Source: Dimorphilus gyrociliatus
Lineage: Eukaryota; Animalia; Annelida
NCBI GenBank assembly: GCA_904063045.1
Contig: CAJFCJ010000019.1
Location: 124,001 to 188,000 of the forward strand
Reading direction: 5' to 3'
DNA: 64,000 nt
Part shown: positions 1 through 12,700 of the stretch, piece after piece
How the letters are laid out: each line of letters begins with the position of its first letter
How positions within the stretch are numbered: the first letter of the stretch is position 1
The notes under the pieces: generated by a model
Seen by the model: only the letters and a program-made list of their open reading frames with translations
What the model was told of the DNA's origin: nothing
Databases searched by the model: none
Position numbers and translations under genes: made by a program

Positions 1-264
1 TTGCTGTGTATTCTACTTATAATATAAAGCTCCCCCTTCTAATGTGTTTTTTTGAGAGTACTTAAATTTAGTTATAAGCGATATTTGCACGTTATATCTG
101 ATACTGATAATTTATACATATATATATATATAGTTCACTTTGTTATTCCTATTTCATATACATGCCGAAGAAATCAAAAAAAAGTGAAAGAAAATATTCT
201 ACTTTGCCTTTTTGTTCTGGTTTTTTTTTATAAAAGAAAACATTTACCATTTTCATTTTCATAG

Positions 265-402
265 AGAAAATTGATATATGGCATTAAGTTACGGACGAGT
301 GATGGAGATAGCGTCTACTTTATGAACAACTGTCTCCATCTATTGGATTATGGTTCGGAAAGAGTAAAGTATAAAGCGACAGACGTAGGTGATTTACATT
401 AA
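265..402 (+). CDS. Probable terminal coding exon of an unidentified gene entering from the left of the window
   Basis: Pyrimidine-rich acceptor ttttcattttcatag ending at 264, followed by an open phase-0 frame of 45 codons (RKLIYGIKLRTSDGDSVYFMNNCLHLLDYGSERVKYKATDVGDLH*) with higher GC than its flanks. Family not recognised. Confidence 0.4.
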   Translation, partial: RKLIYGIKLRTSDGDSVYFMNNCLHLLDYGSERVKYKATDVGDLH

Positions 403-735
403 GAGAGAATTCCTAGCGAGACGAACAAAGTTTTAACGTTGAAAGGTTTATCCGAAGATTTGCTAATTTTCACCTATACTTAATGAAATTTGAAAAGAGC
501 TGCCTATGTTTATTTGTTTGTTTTTAAAGAGAAGAGAAATAGATAAAATAGAATAAAACTAACGGAAAAAAGGGCAGAGGAAAAAGGACAAGAGGAAAAC
601 AGCTGCTTTATCCGCCGTAAAAAGTTACAGAAGAAAGAAACGAAAGGAAAGGAAGACAAAGAGAAGAAAATGATAGAATAATTTGATAGAGAATTTTTTA
701 ACTTTGAAGTTGAGCTAATCAATTCATTGGGTAAA

Positions 736-2163
736 ATGAACTCTACTGACCTTGTCAACAATGATGCTGGAGGTTCTAATAGTGAGAGGAATCCATGTGT
801 CTATTTCGAATTTTTCGTTGGTACGATACTTATTGGGAGCCTCTGTCTATTAGGAATAATTGGCAATTCCGCTGCTTTCGTTATATTCAATCGCCATAAA
901 ACTGAAACTACAACTTTGTTTCTATTAAAGGCTTTGGCAATTTCTGATTCGTTTCTCTTATTGGCATCAATCATTATTTATGTGCTTAAGCCAATTCATC
1001 TATGGAATGGATCATTAGAAGGGTTTTACAACAACTTTGAACATGTACAGAAATTCGTTTGGCCAGCGTCCATGATGTGCCATACTACAACAATCATGCT
1101 AACAGTTCTGGTCACATTTAACAGGTATAGTTTCTTTACCAGGCCACATAAAAGCTATATTATAAATTCTATATTAAATATATAAGGATTTACTTTTATT
1201 AAAGACAATAAACTGTTACAAAGCGTATTTATAAGAAACTGTATATGTCTTTAATGTATATTTAATATTCATAGCTGAAATGTATAATTAAATAGCCCTC
1301 TTTCCAAACAACAAAGCCTTAACGGTTTCTCTTTATTCTCCTCCTACTTCTTTATCTAATAATTTGTTTCTATTCTTAACAGGTACATTGCCGTTTGTAA
1401 GCCCTGGCAGCCTCTAAGCAATCAACACACAAACCGGTGTACTTATACGGAAGTCTTTGCTGTAGTTGTCTTCGCTTTTCTTTTCAACGTACCGAGATAC
1501 TTTGAACACCATGTAATCGATAAAAAAATATCGAATGACACCAATCGAACGTCAACTAATATAAATCTAGGAGACAATAAGATATATCAATTGGTTTACT
1601 CTAACATCCTCTACTTTCCTGTTATGTACATTGTACCCTTAATCAGTTTGGCTTATCTAAACATAAAACTAATACGGACCATAAAAACTCTTAATGAGAA
1701 GAGGCAAGTTTTAACCGGACATAAAATGAGCAACGATGATCAAATAACAAACGTTATTATAGCTGTCGTTTTTATCTTTATTATCTGCCAAACTCCCGCC
1801 CTTATCAACCAAGTTCTGTGGTTAATCTTCTCGCAGGAGGATCGACAATGTGGTCGATTTCATTTTTATTATACTCGACTTAGTGACGTCTTGGTTGTTA
1901 CTAATTCGGGAGTTAATTTTATTATATATTGCTTATTTGGTAAAAGTTTTCGGCGTCTATTCTTTCAAACTGTATGTCCTGGTCGATCTTATGGAACTCA
2001 CAAAGTTCAACTTCGGGCTTGTGGAGCAACAGAGGAAAATGAAGGTTTAACTGTAAAAAGTGCTAATGGAGAACCGGAAGCAGTTGCCCTAAAATCACTG
2101 TTGGTGGAAAGTAGTAAATCGGCTATAGTTCAGGAATTGAATACGGATCATGCTCAAGTTTAG
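736..2163 (+). CDS. Class A peptide GPCR, FMRFamide/sex-peptide-receptor-like, 2 exons (736-1124, 1383-2163), 389 aa
   Basis: Seven hydrophobic segments; TM1 GIIGN; TM2 LAISD; spliced NRYIAVCKPW (DRY variant) across a GT-AG intron 1125-1382; TM6 FIICQTP; TM7 NSGVNFIIY. Exon lengths sum to 1170 nt, in frame. Confidence 0.9.
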
Positions 2164-4014
2164 CAAACAACTAATTAATTAACAACTCTCAAACAATTCC
2201 CAATACAAAAAAGTGGCAAAATTGAATACATTCTCTTCTTTTGCTGTATCAATACCAAAGAAAAAAAGAATATCTCCATCCTTCTTTACTGTAATAATTG
2301 TACAAATATGCATATTTCAACTTGTATACGTTGGTATGTATAATACGCTTGCGTAAACTTATAATAGAAAATTGCCTACTTAATAATTTGTTACTTTATT
2401 CTAAAATTAGGCCTACTAGACATATCAATTTAATGGCAAATATTCAATATGCATAAGTAATAAAAACATCTATACGTATGTGGGTGTGTGAATTTGAATG
2501 TTTGCTCATGAATGGAGTTGTAGAGGTGGAAAGTGACACAGTTTGATATATATATATATATATATTTATACAGTACAAAGTATATACTAATATATATATA
2601 TACATATTTTTAAAATGGAAAAGAAGAGATATATTTGTATAAAGAGAAATTATCCAATTTCTTCCTTTCTTCGTTTCTTTCTTTTTTTTTATCCAATTTT
2701 ATTCATTTTGAATTAACCCGCATTTAGGCTGTAAAGACACGTTAAATCATTATATCGAGTTTTTTTTTCTATAGTAGAATCTTCTATTTTTCTACCTATT
2801 GATCTACGATTATTTCATTTTTTTAAGCTCTATTCTTCGCAATAAAGGGTAGACTTTCCTTCCGCTACCTTTTTGTACTGCCTTTTTTCTTGTTCTTTCA
2901 TAACATCTCCACTAAAAGAGTTATCACTCAAACAGGACTTAAATGGTAACCATTACGGTGTAGACTAAAGATGGCCAACTCCTATTACAATTATTCCAAC
3001 TAGAGACCGAATAATTACCAGAGTAACGCTTTATTGAGTTCTAAATGTAGTAAATAAGGAAAATTATACTACTTTCCTTTACAAGTTAGTTGGAAATGCT
3101 CTACTTAGTGTAAAAAAAAACTTGACTAAATGGAAGAAATCGGTAAACAGAGTTTTTTCCAGCATGGAAGGAGACGCCCTGTACCGACAAACTCATTAAT
3201 CAATCGAAAAAAACGCAAAACTCGTCGACAAACACTGCCAACGCAGCGGTATAACTCAATATAAAGTTACAACGTTTCCGCTGCCTGTATAAAGCGACGG
3301 AACAAGACAATCTACCTTATATCAACAAAATAATATCTCAATCATACAAATTATAGACGGTTGAGTAAGTTTAGTGATAGAATGGATGTAGAGAAGAAAA
3401 CGAATGCTAATAAAGTAAAAGACGAAATAGGAGGAAAGAGAGAAAAAGAAAGGAAGAAAGAGAATAAGACGATGATCATGATGATGAGAGGATAAAAAAG
3501 TGTAAAATAAGCCGATATATTTTATTATAACGAATATAAAGGATTAGAGGAAATGCATTGGTCCTACAAATACTAGTTATTCCTGGCTAAAGAGAATATT
3601 TAAGCTTTTCCCAGATTAAATTACGCTCAAGGATTCTTATCTAGAACAGGGGGAATGTTTTTTCATAGTTGCTTGAGGGGATACTTGTTTTTAAAGTTCA
3701 TCGGATTCTAGAAAACAGAAAGCATTAAATTGATGAAAAAGCGTTACCATGACAAAATGTTTCTTAACCTCTCAGAGTAATCTTATATCACGAATAAAAG
3801 TTGCATGCAACCAAGGCGTTCCAATAGTATCGTTAACATACAGGTGTAGAATAACTAATGAACTTAATTACATATCTAAATAAGTTTTTATGTTATTGGT
3901 ATAGTATCATCTATTTACAAAGATATTTTATATCGAGAATAATTAAAACCATAAAACGAAATGTCAAGGCGAATGTATTACATAAAAAAGAAGATGAAAA
4001 CGACGTAACTTTGC

Positions 4015-6062
4015 CTAATTCTTACTAAAGAATTCTCTGATCGATTTAGTTCCTTTTTTATGCTCAACTTGCGAATCCCTTCGGGCATCTTTCGAAACTG
4101 ATACTTTATTGCAATTATCAACTTCTTCAAGTGAAATATTAGCGGAACTCAATGGTAATTTCCATTCAAATTGTTTTTTTTTCATTTCGGATTTTTCCCC
4201 TCCAATGAGAATGTCTATTATCTCTATTTCATTTTCATCATCATCCGTATCAGATTGACAACGGTTATCTTTACCATTGTTCCGAGAACTCTTACAGCTG
4301 TCCAATGAGAACGATTTCCCTTCAGTATTACTATCATAATCCGTTCTTACTAATTGATTGCCTGTCAAGGGTAAACGTTCATTATTAGAAAGCTGCTTAT
4401 TCTTCCACAGTTTCTCTAGTGGTCCAATTCGTCTCTTTTTGTGACTATTTGACGAAGTGATCATTGAAATGGGTGGTTCCTTGCAACTTTTCTTTTCAAA
4501 AAAGTCTTTAATATCGCTTGTACACTTTCTTTCCTTTGATGCTTCTTTTATCGTCGTCTTTGGAGTTGTATCATAATCAAATCTATTTGATTGGAATTCC
4601 TGCGGAACGAGAAAAGTAGAAATTGATGACGTAATATTGACATCCTCAAATTTCGTGGCGCTTAAGCCAAGTAATACGAGAGGTGGAAACCTACCATGAA
4701 AAGAATATATTATTTAATTTTTTGTTATATCTTATATAGCATTTTTGAGTTAAAGTCAAGATATACTTGCCAACGATCTGAAGTCTGGGAAGACTGATTA
4801 AACTTTAGTAATAAATTGAAAGACCGACTGACAATGGCTTCTTTACAGTATTTCGTTAAGGGCCAGGATCGACTAACATTTTCCAACTTTATCTGCATTT
4901 TGGCGCAGACAACCATCTGCTTTGCCTTGCGTTTATTCTACATGTTCAATAGAACAAGGGAAAGGAGCATGATTAAAAGGGATAAGAGAACAAAAGAACA
5001 AATCTTAAAAAAGAGCAAAGAACAAAGTTAGACTAATGGTAAAAGAGAGGGATAGATGGTTAAAGAGGAAAAAAAAAAAAACGTTTTACTTGAGTAGCGA
5101 TGCGTAAAATTTACCAAAATGGCATTCAGTTTAACTATATTGTTTAACATAGATATTTTATTAAAAAACCTCCATATTTACAGCGTAAAGTGTCCTTTTT
5201 TTTTTTTTAAAGTATATTTCTAAAGAGAAGAAAAACTTCTGTCGCATGTTTGCAGTAATTGGTAAAATGTGCTGTAATAAAATTACGCAGACGCAATTTA
5301 GGTTATGTCAATCACCGACATATATACATATATTAGTATATATATATATATCTAGAATAATATAAGTCGCGATAATCTCTAAGATATAATATACATCAAA
5401 ACGTGCTTAGAAAATTGAGAATCATTCATAGTATTCAAGTAAAGAAGTTATCAAAATTAACCATTAAAAAGAAAAGAAAAGAATAAAATAATACATAAGA
5501 AGGCAAACTAAGCTTTGTTATTAATTGTTTAGAAAAATCAAAATTTTAATAAAAAATTCATTATGCTCTTCCATAAGCTGGTTTTTATTTCAATCTATCG
5601 CGATTGTTCGGGAAAACAATTTCTTTCACAAACGAATATAGATGCTATATAGTCTATATACAGTATATACATATATATATTATATAAATATAGTATATGC
5701 AATTTACTGCACAGTTAAAAAATTATTGTTGGAATGAAATGAAAGAAATTGTTATAAAACTACTATAATATATTCAACTGAAATAGTGTTTTAGCGCTAA
5801 TAACGTCTGTTGTCGATGCCGTTAATTATATATGAGGCAAAATGTTTGTGTTACTAACCTCATTTAAATCTTTATTTAACCGTTCGAGTAGCTCCTCAGC
5901 AAAATTGCTTAACCAATTCTTTATCTATGTTAAGTAGCAAGAAATATAATAATAGGGTTATCAATTATAAAGAATAAGGTTATTGGTCTATAAATATGTA
6001 ATATAGTATAAGTTTGTACAATAAAGTAATATGCATATGTCTATATATATACATATATATTA

Positions 6063-6096
<34 letters not shown>

Positions 6097-7644
6097 TTAG
6101 ACACATGTATATTGATACAAGTATATATATATGAGTAAGGGCCTTTCTTTTATATTTTTATGGCTTCTAGAGAGTACGTTATTGATATTTTTAATGTAAA
6201 GATCTTATATATACTATTAAATAGTATACGCCTAAAAAGATATTAAATCTGCAAAGTTTAAAAAACGTTGGCTAAGTATATATTAATATATTAGTATATA
6301 TATAATATTATAATACTTTAAGTACCGAAGATGCACTCTTTAAAGCTTCTGGCCCTCGAAAATTTCGACTACAAGCGATTGATTTTGAAAGTTGTCGCTC
6401 AGCAACAGGCTCAATGTCTCTTCCTCTGCACAAATCGTATATCCACTGTCTTAAGTCAACAAATTTAGACAAAATAATTAATTACATATGACAAAATGTG
6501 ACTTTTAGTCCCTTTTTTTTTAATATTTCATCCTTTGTGTCTAAAATTTCTTACCCTGTTTTATCATTATATAAATGCTGCAGTTTTTTTAATGAAATGT
6601 TACACAATTCCCCCATTGTAGAAATTTTAAGATCAGAGCAAATTTGGTCACCAAGTTTGCCACCTAAATTTCTTCTGTAGAACAGAATCTACTTGAATAA
6701 AAATCTATTAGATATCTTCTATTTAGTGCTTACATTTGTTTTATATGTATCACGTTGAAAAGTGATTGAACAGAAGATTTTGGAAGTATTGTCTGTTTAT
6801 TTGGTTTATGCAGTCCGCAAGCCAGTTTAGCTAATGTCTACCAATTTACATGATGCAATAAATACAAAAAGAGGAAAATAAATTGGAAAGTCGGTTACTT
6901 TATTATGAGAAATTCCAGCAGAACAACGGAAGCCAGTGTCCTTAAAGATTTCCTGTCTTATTTCTTCCACTATCTTCGCTCCTAGTAATAACTTTAAATT
7001 ATTAATACATGTGTTGTTGCACACTTTTATAAAAGCTTTCACCCCAGAATCCTCAGGAACCGACTCTAAATGGAGATATCGTTAATGAAAGAAAAACCTT
7101 TGAAGTTAAAATTTAATATCAACCTGAGAGGTTCTTGTCCGCTTCTGGATTGTTCAATCCCTCCACAAAGGTATTTTCTAAAAGACTTTCATCAATAGTT
7201 CCGTAATTCTTTAATCTTTCATTAACTAAGGATGTTAAATTTATATATGCTTCATCAACACTAGCCTTCTCCACATTAGGTGTCAGCTTTGTTATAGATT
7301 TAATTACGTCGGCTCCAGCGTCTCTATATCTTTGAATGTTAGCTTTTCCATTGGTCTCTTGAACTCTGGCTATACATAATTCAGGACACAATTCGCACGC
7401 TTCGTCAGCCATCATACCCCTCTTTATGCCAAATTTTCTCGCTTCGTAACTAACGGCTAACACTCTAAAGAAATTACTACTATTGGCATTTTGATGTTAT
7501 AAAAAGAAATGGTGTTTACCCTCCTCCTCTATATAGTCTATACTGAACCACAATACATGGCTTGTTTTCAAATTCAGGATTGAACTTTCTTTCTACTTGT
7601 ACGTAGAAGCAATCCATGTCTATTAAAGCAATAACGTCATCCAT
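4015..7644 (-). CDS. POLH: DNA polymerase eta (Y-family translesion polymerase), about 9 exons
   Basis: MDDVIALIDMDCFYVQVE, CIVVQY, VLAVSYEAR, ASVDEAY, CSAGISHNK/TLAKLACGLHKPNKQT, IRNLGGKLG, LSKSIACSRNF, FPPLVLLGLSATKF, C-terminal PIP-like KSIREFF. Exons approx. 7644-7520, 7464-7124, 7065-6899, 6837-6734, 6675-6557, 6468-6325, 5928-5860, 4937-4771, 4690-4015. Confidence 0.95.
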
Positions 7645-7934
7645 TTGCCTAATCAAGAATTAATTTTCTTTTTACGCGCCAAATTTCTAAATATTTTAAA
7701 TCTTTATTATCGTTCAACTGTAAAATATTAATAGAACCATTTTTGTTTTTACGCTAAAAAACCATTTACGAAGCGTTATTCAATCAAATAAACTATGCAT
7801 TACAATCCGGTGCAAAAATACTTAGGGGTTTAATGATTGATTTTGTTTATTTGAAACTCCGCTGCTAATATCAGCATATTTCGGCGTTTTCTGTTTTTTG
7901 ATACCAGTTTTTATTCGCCTACCAAAGGAATTGA

Positions 7935-7943
7935 TCATGTGAC
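7935..7943. promoter_or_regulatory. M-box/CLEAR-like E-box (TCATGTGAC) in the POLH/MFSD1 bidirectional promoter
   Basis: TCATGTGAC lies 120 bp upstream of the ATG of MFSD1, a lysosomal transporter. It matches the MiT/TFE-family binding consensus. Function is inferred. Confidence 0.5.
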
Positions 7944-8062
7944 GAAGTTTATTTACAACTAGCTGAGATTAAATAATATTAGTTTAGATACTTGAAAGCA
8001 TAATTGATTGAGATAATTCAAGAGTGGGTTTAAGTGGACACGTAAAACAATTATTTACAAAT

Positions 8063-9472
8063 ATGAGTGCTACAGAAGACGAGCAACAGAGATTGCTTCA
8101 ACCAGGAAACAATAGCTCAGACAATCCTGAAATTGTGATTGCATCGGGATGCGGTGCAAGCCTCCCTTGTGATCCTCGTAGAAAATTACATAAATATTTA
8201 GTACTAATTATTATGTGCTTGTTAAGTTTTGGGAGCTACTTTGTTTACGATAATCCAGCAGCTCTACAGGATGTTATGGAGAGGGACTTGAATTTGAACA
8301 ACGAAAAATACATGCTATTTTATGCCTTATATTCTTATCCGAATGTTATCCTCTGCTTCTTCGGTGGTTTCCTAATTGATAGAGTTTTTGGCACAAGACT
8401 CGGAGCAATTATATTCTCTTCATTTGTAACAATTGGGCATTTTTTGTTTGCCGCTGGAGCCCTAGTTAATAAGCCGGGTTTGATGGATTTTGGTCGGTTT
8501 GTGTTCGGAATTGGTGGAGAGTCGTTATGTGTCACTCAAAATACTTATGCTGTTAGCTGGTTTAAAGGGAAAGAATTAAACATGGTTTTTGGGCTGCAAT
8601 TAAGTCTGTCGAGAGTAGGGAGTACAGTTAATATGAATACAATGAAACCTTTATATGATCATCTGGCATCTTTTATGGGAATTGGTCATCATACATTGGG
8701 AATCACACTTTTCATTGCTGGAGTTTTTTGTGTTTTCTCTTTACTCTGTGCCTTTGCAATGGCGTTCTTTGATAAAAGAGCTGAAAGAATATTGAAAAAA
8801 AAAGAAGCGCTGACTGGTGAAACAATTCGCATTTCAGACGTAAAAAACTTCCCATTAGAAGTCTGGCTTTTGAGTGTAATTTGTGTCGCCTACTACGTGA
8901 CAATCTTTCCTTTCGTTGATGTTGGATTATTGTTTTACGAAATGAAATTCGATCAAAGTGCTAAATTGGCATCTTTATGTAATAGTCTGGTTTACATTCT
9001 TTCTGCGGCAATGTCACCTTTCACCGGATTTGCTATAGACAAAACGGGACGTAATGTCTTTTGGGTTATAGCTGGTGTTGTTTTAACTATCATTAGCCAT
9101 GGGCTATTAGCTTTTACGTTCTTTAATCCATTTATTCCTGTCGTACTAATGGGGTTTGCTTATTCTATTGTTGCGAGTGCTTTATGGCCAATGGCTTCCT
9201 ATATCGTTCCTGAATATCAACTCGGAACCGTCTACGGTTTAATGCAAGCTATACAAAATTTGGGATTAGCAACTATAGCTCAAGCTGCGGGGGCAATTGT
9301 TGACACAAAAGGATATTTACTATTGGAAATGTTCTTCCTAGCTTTGTTATGCATTGCACTCATTTTCTCCTTGCTACTATACTTTGTCAACGCTTATAAG
9401 AAAGGAAACTTGAACTTATCAACTGCAAAAAGAAAGCAATTAGCAAAACTTGAAGAGAAAGCCGCACAATAA
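8063..9472 (+). CDS. MFSD1: MFSD1 lysosomal major-facilitator (dipeptide) transporter, intronless CDS, 469 aa
   Basis: CDPRRKLHKYLVLIIMCLLSFGSYFVYDNPAAL, LYSYPNVILCFFGGFLIDR, FGIGGESL, AVSWFKGKELNMVFGLQLS, GLMQAIQNLGLA. N-terminal dileucine signal EQQRLL. First ATG is at 8063. Confidence 0.95.
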   Translation: MSATEDEQQRLLQPGNNSSDNPEIVIASGCGASLPCDPRRKLHKYLVLIIMCLLSFGSYFVYDNPAALQDVMERDLNLNNEKYMLFYALYSYPNVILCFFGGFLIDRVFGTRLGAIIFSSFVTIGHFLFAAGALVNKPGLMDFGRFVFGIGGESLCVTQNTYAVSWFKGKELNMVFGLQLSLSRVGSTVNMNTMKPLYDHLASFMGIGHHTLGITLFIAGVFCVFSLLCAFAMAFFDKRAERILKKKEALTGETIRISDVKNFPLEVWLLSVICVAYYVTIFPFVDVGLLFYEMKFDQSAKLASLCNSLVYILSAAMSPFTGFAIDKTGRNVFWVIAGVVLTIISHGLLAFTFFNPFIPVVLMGFAYSIVASALWPMASYIVPEYQLGTVYGLMQAIQNLGLATIAQAAGAIVDTKGYLLLEMFFLALLCIALIFSLLLYFVNAYKKGNLNLSTAKRKQLAKLEEKAAQ

Positions 9473-9767
9473 TGAAATTATTGACTTTTACCTTATTCGT
9501 TTGACTTCACTCCATTAAAATTCAGTTTAATTTTCAGTCAAACTGTAATATGATACATTCGCTTGGTATAAAATATAGTTTTAAATTAAATATATTTATT
9601 AAATAGTAATTAAAATATATCAATTTTCGAATGTTTCGCGCTATTTTTAATAACCTTCGAGAATTAAACAGGAAGTATCGTAAATCGTGTTCAGAATATC
9701 GATTTCTTCATAATATCGTTCGGATCGATTCACACTTGTCAATTATCGCTCTCCACTACTGTGTACG

Positions 9768-12700
9768 ATGGAAATGCCGGGCAGCGTGACAGAGCGAAAG
9801 CACGATGAGGAGATGCTTGAAAAAGCGGGAAGATTTATTAATAAATGTATGCAATTAGATGCTTCTTATCAGGATTTGGGAGAAAAATTTAAAGCCTATG
9901 GAAACAGTACGTATTCATCAATTAGCCCCAAAACTTCGCTCACACACCTATTTCAAATATAAACCGTTATTAAATTTGTAAACATAAATCGACTGTTTAG
10001 GTGAAATTACGGTCAGCGGTCAGCAAAAGAACGATTACCCAAATCATGAGCAATTTAAAATACCAACTCGCCTTCAATCTCCTGATATGGGAGCAACTTT
10101 ATTCAGTACATCATTTTCTAAGAAAATGGACGATCCATCAAATTACGAACTCAGTGAGGTAGTAAAATGAATGTTAAATATCAAACTAAGAAATGATGAA
10201 TATAAATTATTATTTATTTTTAGCTACGACATGTCCCCTTACCAGCGGAACTACACAAACAACTTTCGGGTACACAATCAATGTATCATATGGGTCTATT
10301 TCCGGAAATAGAACGTGCATGGTTAAGTGTTGATAGCAATCTATTCATTTGGAAATATACTGACAGTTCAGATTTAGCATTTTTCGATACTTTAAAAGAA
10401 GTCATTTTATTAACTCATTTAATGAAACCTAAACCAGGTATATTTAATATCAGTACTCTTCTTTTCATAGCCAATTTATTTCTTGTTTTTCGTATTCAAG
10501 GAATATTTCAAAAGCATATTTCTCATATATTATGTTTGGTGACACCATCTGAAATATCACTTCTCGGTGTTACGTTTTCCCGACCTGTTGCAGGTATGTG
10601 ATAATATCTTTTAAATAAATTAAGATTGAAATAACATAAACGTTACTTCTTAAAGGCCAGGAAATAGAACAGAATAATTATGATGAAATGTTTGTCTTGC
10701 CTGAACCGTTATTTGCACTTAAAACGGAAGGAATACAATTCACCCAAATTACTTCGAGCGACAACGGCCGTATATTTTTAGGAACAGTTTTAAACGAAGT
10801 CTATGAATTCACCTATCAAGTAAACTTTAATATTTTGCAACGTTTATACTTAGCGATGTTCAACTTTAACATTTACTTTTTTACCTATTTAGGCAAAAGA
10901 TGGTTGGTTCTCCAGGAAATGTCAACTAAAGCGTTATTCTATGTCTGTGTTACCATCGTTTATTTTGCCGTCTTTTCTATTTGGATATGGGGATGACGGT
11001 AAGCTTAAATTACCTACGATAATAGCGTCACTTGAGATTGATGAACGTTTCCTAATATTACTTTAGGAAAGGATCCGATCATGAAAATGTGTGTCGACAA
11101 AAGCCGGAATATTTTGTATACATTATCTCAAAAATCAGAAATCAATGTTTTTGATCTGGGCTCGGATGGGAATTATATGAATCATTTGTCCACTTGTAAA
11201 TTAGAGGAACTTGCTAGAAAAGTCAACTATGAATATGGGTATAAATATTAAACTATAAATTTCAATTAACCTGATTAAAATATAATCATTTCATAGAAAC
11301 AACGTTAATAAATCTTTGTTAACGGAAAATTTGAAAAGTATTCACGCATTTGAGGAAAAGGATTCTATAGATGTTCAGCTAATGGCAGTAAATGCTGTAG
11401 GCGTTCGATTCTACTTTAGGATCTACTCAGCGGATTACGGCAGACCAAGTGGTCTCAAATTAATACACGTTCGGCTCCCTCCTAATGCCAGCCAACCAAT
11501 GCAAGTTTCTAAAGTTGTTGATGTTTTATCGTGTGGCCCTGCTCTAACTCTGTTAATCATGAAGAAACACGATAATAGTTATTTATCGTCGCTATCAAAT
11601 GATAATTTTTCATTTAACACTGACTTTCGAGAAAATATGGTATAAAGTATATTTTTTTTTTGGATTCTATTACTAAAAAAAAATTTAATATTTTCCAGGG
11701 TAATAAAGCAATAGAAGTTGAGCCTCTGTCTATTGCTGAAATATCAAATATGTACCTCGAAAGCAAACCAATAACTCTTGCTGATAATCGAAAAAAATGC
11801 GCTTTGCCAACATTGTTAAAGCAGCATTATTCAACACAGAGACAGTTTGTGATAGTAAACACACGGGGAACTTACATATTTTCTCACTATCGACCAGTCG
11901 ATCAACTAAAGCAAATTTTATTGGAAAATAATGGTCCCGAAGGAGATATTGTTCGAGGATTCTTTAGCCTAAATGTATACTCTTAATTTTATACCCTATT
12001 TAGCATCAATTAAATTTACAATTATCCTTTAGCATGCACAAGCTATGAACACTTGTGTACTACTTGCATCGTCACTCCCAAGCATACTTGGCGAAAATCC
12101 GAATGATCAGATGGTAAGTCAATTATGTAATTTAAAAAATGAAGAATAATATACTTCTTGTAGGTCAGCAAATGGGCTGCTGAAGCGTTATTTTTGTATT
12201 CTAACCCTGACAAAGTCTTTCGACCGAAAACAACGGGATATACCGACCCATTGCATTCAACATCATTCGGTCAAAAACGTCAAGATGGTTTACTTGATAA
12301 GTCAGTCGGATATAGTTCGTTCTTGGGAAACGGAACATCTCAACCGAATTTCGTAGCAAGTTCACCTCTCTCGAAACAAATGTTAACTGATCCAGATGAA
12401 CTGTATAGAGACGACACGCATTTAAGTAAACAAATGGCCTTCTACTTCTGTGTGTCTAGAATTTTGTCATCAATATGGGATAGGTTGATGATTTTGAAAG
12501 ATCTTAAAGTCAAACGAACGAGCCTATTCGCCACTGAAAAAATTGAGTTATGGGATAGCAGCTTAAAATCGGAAGATATTGAATGCATTGTTGAATGTCT
12601 GAAATCTGTTTTAAGTTTTATTGATAGAAACGTTTCCACGCGACCAGTCATGTATGGAAGAGATTTGTAAGTAGTTACATCGTATCAAATATTAGTTATC

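Noticed and set aside
2900-3360. GC-richer patch with an acceptor at about 3164 between the GPCR and POLH
   Set aside because: All frames close quickly and nothing was recognisable; possibly UTR.
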